Assembly: GCA_010405405.1 (NCBI GenBank)
Contig: MU004232.1
Location: 391,481 to 455,480, forward strand
Source of the DNA: Microthyrium microscopicum
Lineage: Eukaryota
DNA: 64,000 nt
Direction: 5' to 3'
The notes beneath the pieces are model-generated. The model saw nothing but the letters and a program-made list of their open reading frames with translations, was not told where the DNA came from and searched no databases. Positions within the stretch are counted from its first letter, which is position 1, and each line of letters starts with the position of its first letter. This document shows positions 60,860 to 64,000 of this stretch, one piece after another. Position numbers and translations under genes: made by a program.

Positions 60860-61492
60860 TTGATCAGTTCCAAGGTTACTCTCAAGTCGATGTGACGACA
60901 GGGAGTAAAGCGAAAATGACGGTGGTTTTAATTTGTGTAATAAACAATCTAACGCGTCCAGGCGACGGAGCCGTGAAACATACAAGCGAGGGACCCCTGT
61001 TGCTGAGGCGTAAGCCAGTTTTTGCTTCTTCTTTTCCCCATACAGTTCGCCCGTTGGTCCAAGCAATGGAGGAATTATTAATGGCGCCAGGGATTAAGGG
61101 TACAGCCTTATGGTCAGCCTTGTAACATTGACAAACGCGTCACGGATGGATGTATGGAGTGCAGTGGTAGAAGATGAAGGAAGAATGGTTAGGATCATGA
61201 AGATCAAGATGTGGGGTTGGACGACGAGTTCGTGATCGCGATCCAACGACTTCAGAAAGCCTATCAGAACGTCGATTTGGTCGTCTCCCTGCCATAGAGT
61301 ATGACTGCCATGTGGTGCAATCACTGCTATCACGAGTTTTACGTCATTTCGCGTTTCTGTTGCTTTCGATGTTGACGCCCATATATATAACAATGGCTCT
61401 GGTCTCTGGAGGCGAGGGAAGACTTACAAATCAATAGTGAATCAACATTTTATCCTTAGAGCTACCCAAGGCTTGAAGATATCTCCAATAAA

Positions 61493-62136
61493 ATGACTTC
61501 AACCTCAACTTCCACGATTGTAACTGGTGGATGTGCCTGCGAAAAAGTTCGATACTCCATAGTCTTTCCCGCCGAAACTCAATGGCCATTAGAAAATGTA
61601 TATGACCATCTTGAATATCTGTCAACTGGCTTCTACTAAAGATACCATAGAACGGAACATGCCAATGCACAACATGCAGAAAATGGACAGGCGCCCTGCT
61701 CCCCCAATCCATCTCCGTCCCAACAGCCAGCATCGATCCTCCTTTCTCCACACAGCCATCGTACACCCAATGGGCAAGCTCAAATTCCGCCAAACGCGGT
61801 TTCTGCTCAACATGTGGAAGTAGTCTTACCTTCACCTACGATGCCGATCCAGATTCAACCGAGATCCACGTGGGCAGCATCGACGAACACATCCTTCTTG
61901 GAGCAAAGAATGGCGAAGAGTATCACGGAGAACATGGGACTAAGGCTACTAGAAAGGACGGCGGGATTGGCAAGTTATTGACAAGGACAGATAGGAGTAG
62001 CAATATATGGTGGGAGAATGCGATTGAGGGTGTTACAGATGATAGACCAGGGCTGAAGTTTTGGCGGGAGAGGAGTGATGGGACTGGATTTGAGACTTTG
62101 GAGGAATTGAATTTGACGCGGTCGAGGTCTAAGTAG
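61493..62136 (+). CDS. GFA/CENP-V (Mss4-like) zinc protein, 2 exons; mostly missed by the ORF track
   Basis: Spliced product: MTSTSTSTIVTGGCACEKVRY...|NGTCQCTTCRKWTG...RGFCSTCGSSL...IHVGSIDE...IWWENAIEGVTD. Intron at about 61598-61650. Confidence 0.85.
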
Positions 62137-62560
62137 GAGATGTGTTTGTTGACATGTGGTTTAAACGGAGGCAACTGTAGCTGAGATGTCGGTGTTCTTA
62201 CAAAGTGTGTTTACAGAGGTCCGAAGGAGGTGAATTGGACGTAATAGCGATCGAGTTTGTGATGAGACAACGATGGCAGCGAGGTTTTGCAATCCATAGC
62301 CTTCGTAAAATGGCATGATTTTAGTACGAAATGAGAGATACGTTACGATTCATCTGATGCCGAAGATGGCAGTTGATTTGCCATCACTTGTTACTCACTC
62401 CACGCTCTAGCGATTGGTCTGAAGCTGTCGGGCCCTGTCGTAATCTCTTTAATTGATAACTAATTGCTGCTATTTGCTATCTTACTCGTCAACTTGTTTG
62501 GGTATAACAGTTGTCGAACTCTTGTCGCCCCGATACAAGAGCTTCAACAATGAGAGCCCT

Positions 62561-63136
62561 CTACTTCTTACTATCGTCTTAATTTCGCGAATTAGTGACT
62601 TCGTCTTGGTCAATAGAGACATTGGAGATTCCTTACCGATAGGGTCCAGATTGTAGTTGCTAAGATTCAAACTACAACTCTCCGCCATTTTTGGTGGATT
62701 GATTTTCCATTCTCGATTACGTTCCTCGATCATCAGCTTATGCTTTCGTATTTGCTCCTCTGTAGGTCCCTTAGGCTTAATATGCGGCGGCGGATCAAAT
62801 AGGTCCTTTTCAGGAACACCACGTCCATCCACGCCGCGGAACCTGTCCTCTCTTGCTTGATCGAATCGGCCCTTGTCCAGGAATTGCTTGATGTGTGCTG
62901 GTGACAAGCGTGCGGCATCAATGACTTGCCAGGCTTTGGGATTGTAGGGTGAATAGAACACTCGTAGGACACCATCGTTGCCAAGATGGAAGATGTCATC
63001 TTTGTTAGGCTCGCGTTTGAATCCTCTGGTTATCTGCCCCAGAGTTCGGGTCTCAGCCTGATGGAAAGTGTAAGTCAAGTTCAGTGAAGTATTGCTAGTG
63101 ATAATGTAGTCATACTTGCTCCTGGTCTTCTGACAT
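62561..63136 (-). CDS. Hypothetical protein, probably 3 exons
   Basis: ATG 63136 (MSEDQEQ) joins via a gtatga...cag intron to 'AETRTLGQ...FHLGNDGVLR...IDAARLSP'. A probable last intron (gtaagg) starts near 62636. Confidence 0.55.
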
Positions 63137-64000
63137 GCTTCTTAAGTCTCGAACTTTGATGCTATTTGGAGTAGTAATGGAATCAACTGGATTGATAGAA
63201 AAGAGGACTTGGTAGCAGAAAGAGCAAGGTCGCAAGCAGAACGGTTGATAAGAAACACCTCTTATAAGAGATATGTGGCAACCCACTAGATTGCATTGTC
63301 CCTTACAAGACGGGACGTGACGGCCAGTCTACCCAATTGCAATGAAATCCTTCTGCCTACAGATACGACCCCGACTAATGACGCAGTACCTGTAGCCTTC
63401 ATGACTATCACCTCCCATTGGCGCACAAAACTATCACCTGATACCTCAAGAATGAGATAGGGATAGTTCAGATGAGACACTTACCAACGTAAGGAAAAGT
63501 CAGAAAGGAGTATAAGGTATGAATTGACCGATCGTACAGGAACTGATATGTTGACCTAAACGACAACGAGACCGAAGATAGCCCAGAACATAAATGGTAC
63601 GGTCGGTACCTAGGGATCATGTCACAACTTGAATCACCTTGTCAGTCAGTCATTGTAAGTCATAGACGTTATGTGGTATGTGTTTATTGCCCAAAAAAAT
63701 AAATCTTTACACTCCAGTGCCGTAAGTACTACTTTGTCACCTCTGATCGCAGAGACTATCATCTCCAAGAGACCATCAGAGAACTGATCTGGTGCTGCCT
63801 ATGGCTCATCGGGCGAACAAACTCCTGGGAGGCTTGCATCCCCATCGTAAACACATTGTGGGCAATAAAGACCCTCAGAGTTGGTTGTGCACTCCATCAA
63901 AGTCCAGCATACAATGTCAGCACATTGATCTGCCCTCTTCACATTCTCCCTCTCGAAGATTGTTGGCTTGGAGATACCAGGTCGAGCGTTTCGCTATTTG

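Noticed and set aside
773..62136. Global reassignment of TAG to a sense codon
   Set aside because: Several conserved genes end in TAG at their expected C-terminus with another stop soon after, and long CDSs contain no internal TAG.

Overview
This is eukaryotic DNA from a filamentous ascomycete (Pezizomycotina). It has short GT-AG introns with CTAAC/CTGAC-type branch points, which I inferred by eye, so exon boundaries are approximate. It carries about 20 protein genes. Recognisable ones: a zeta-crystallin-like quinone reductase (partial), CLP1, Pol III subunits RPC2 and RPC5, a Puf4-type Pumilio protein, a delta-12 desaturase, PAT1, ergothioneine synthase Egt1, DDB1, PDX3, Dicer-like 1, TYW1, a CCCH-zinc-finger CbbX/SpoVK double-AAA ATPase, an ankyrin protein and a GFA-domain protein. 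There are also several orphans. The most striking signal is that two conserved genes, PAT1 and RPC5, end in TAG followed by long, stop-free, in-frame tails (125 and 202 codons) containing frame-preserving repeats. This suggests conditional C-terminal extension by UAG-to-UIG(Trp) A-to-I editing or by readthrough. PDX3 also has an in-frame ATG...TAG directly abutting its ATG. Other notable items are two different TA-flanked Tc1/mariner-type MITEs and a tandem pair of orphan paralogs with a split Cys/His motif that only appears after splicing. I recognised no tRNA, rRNA or CRISPR features.
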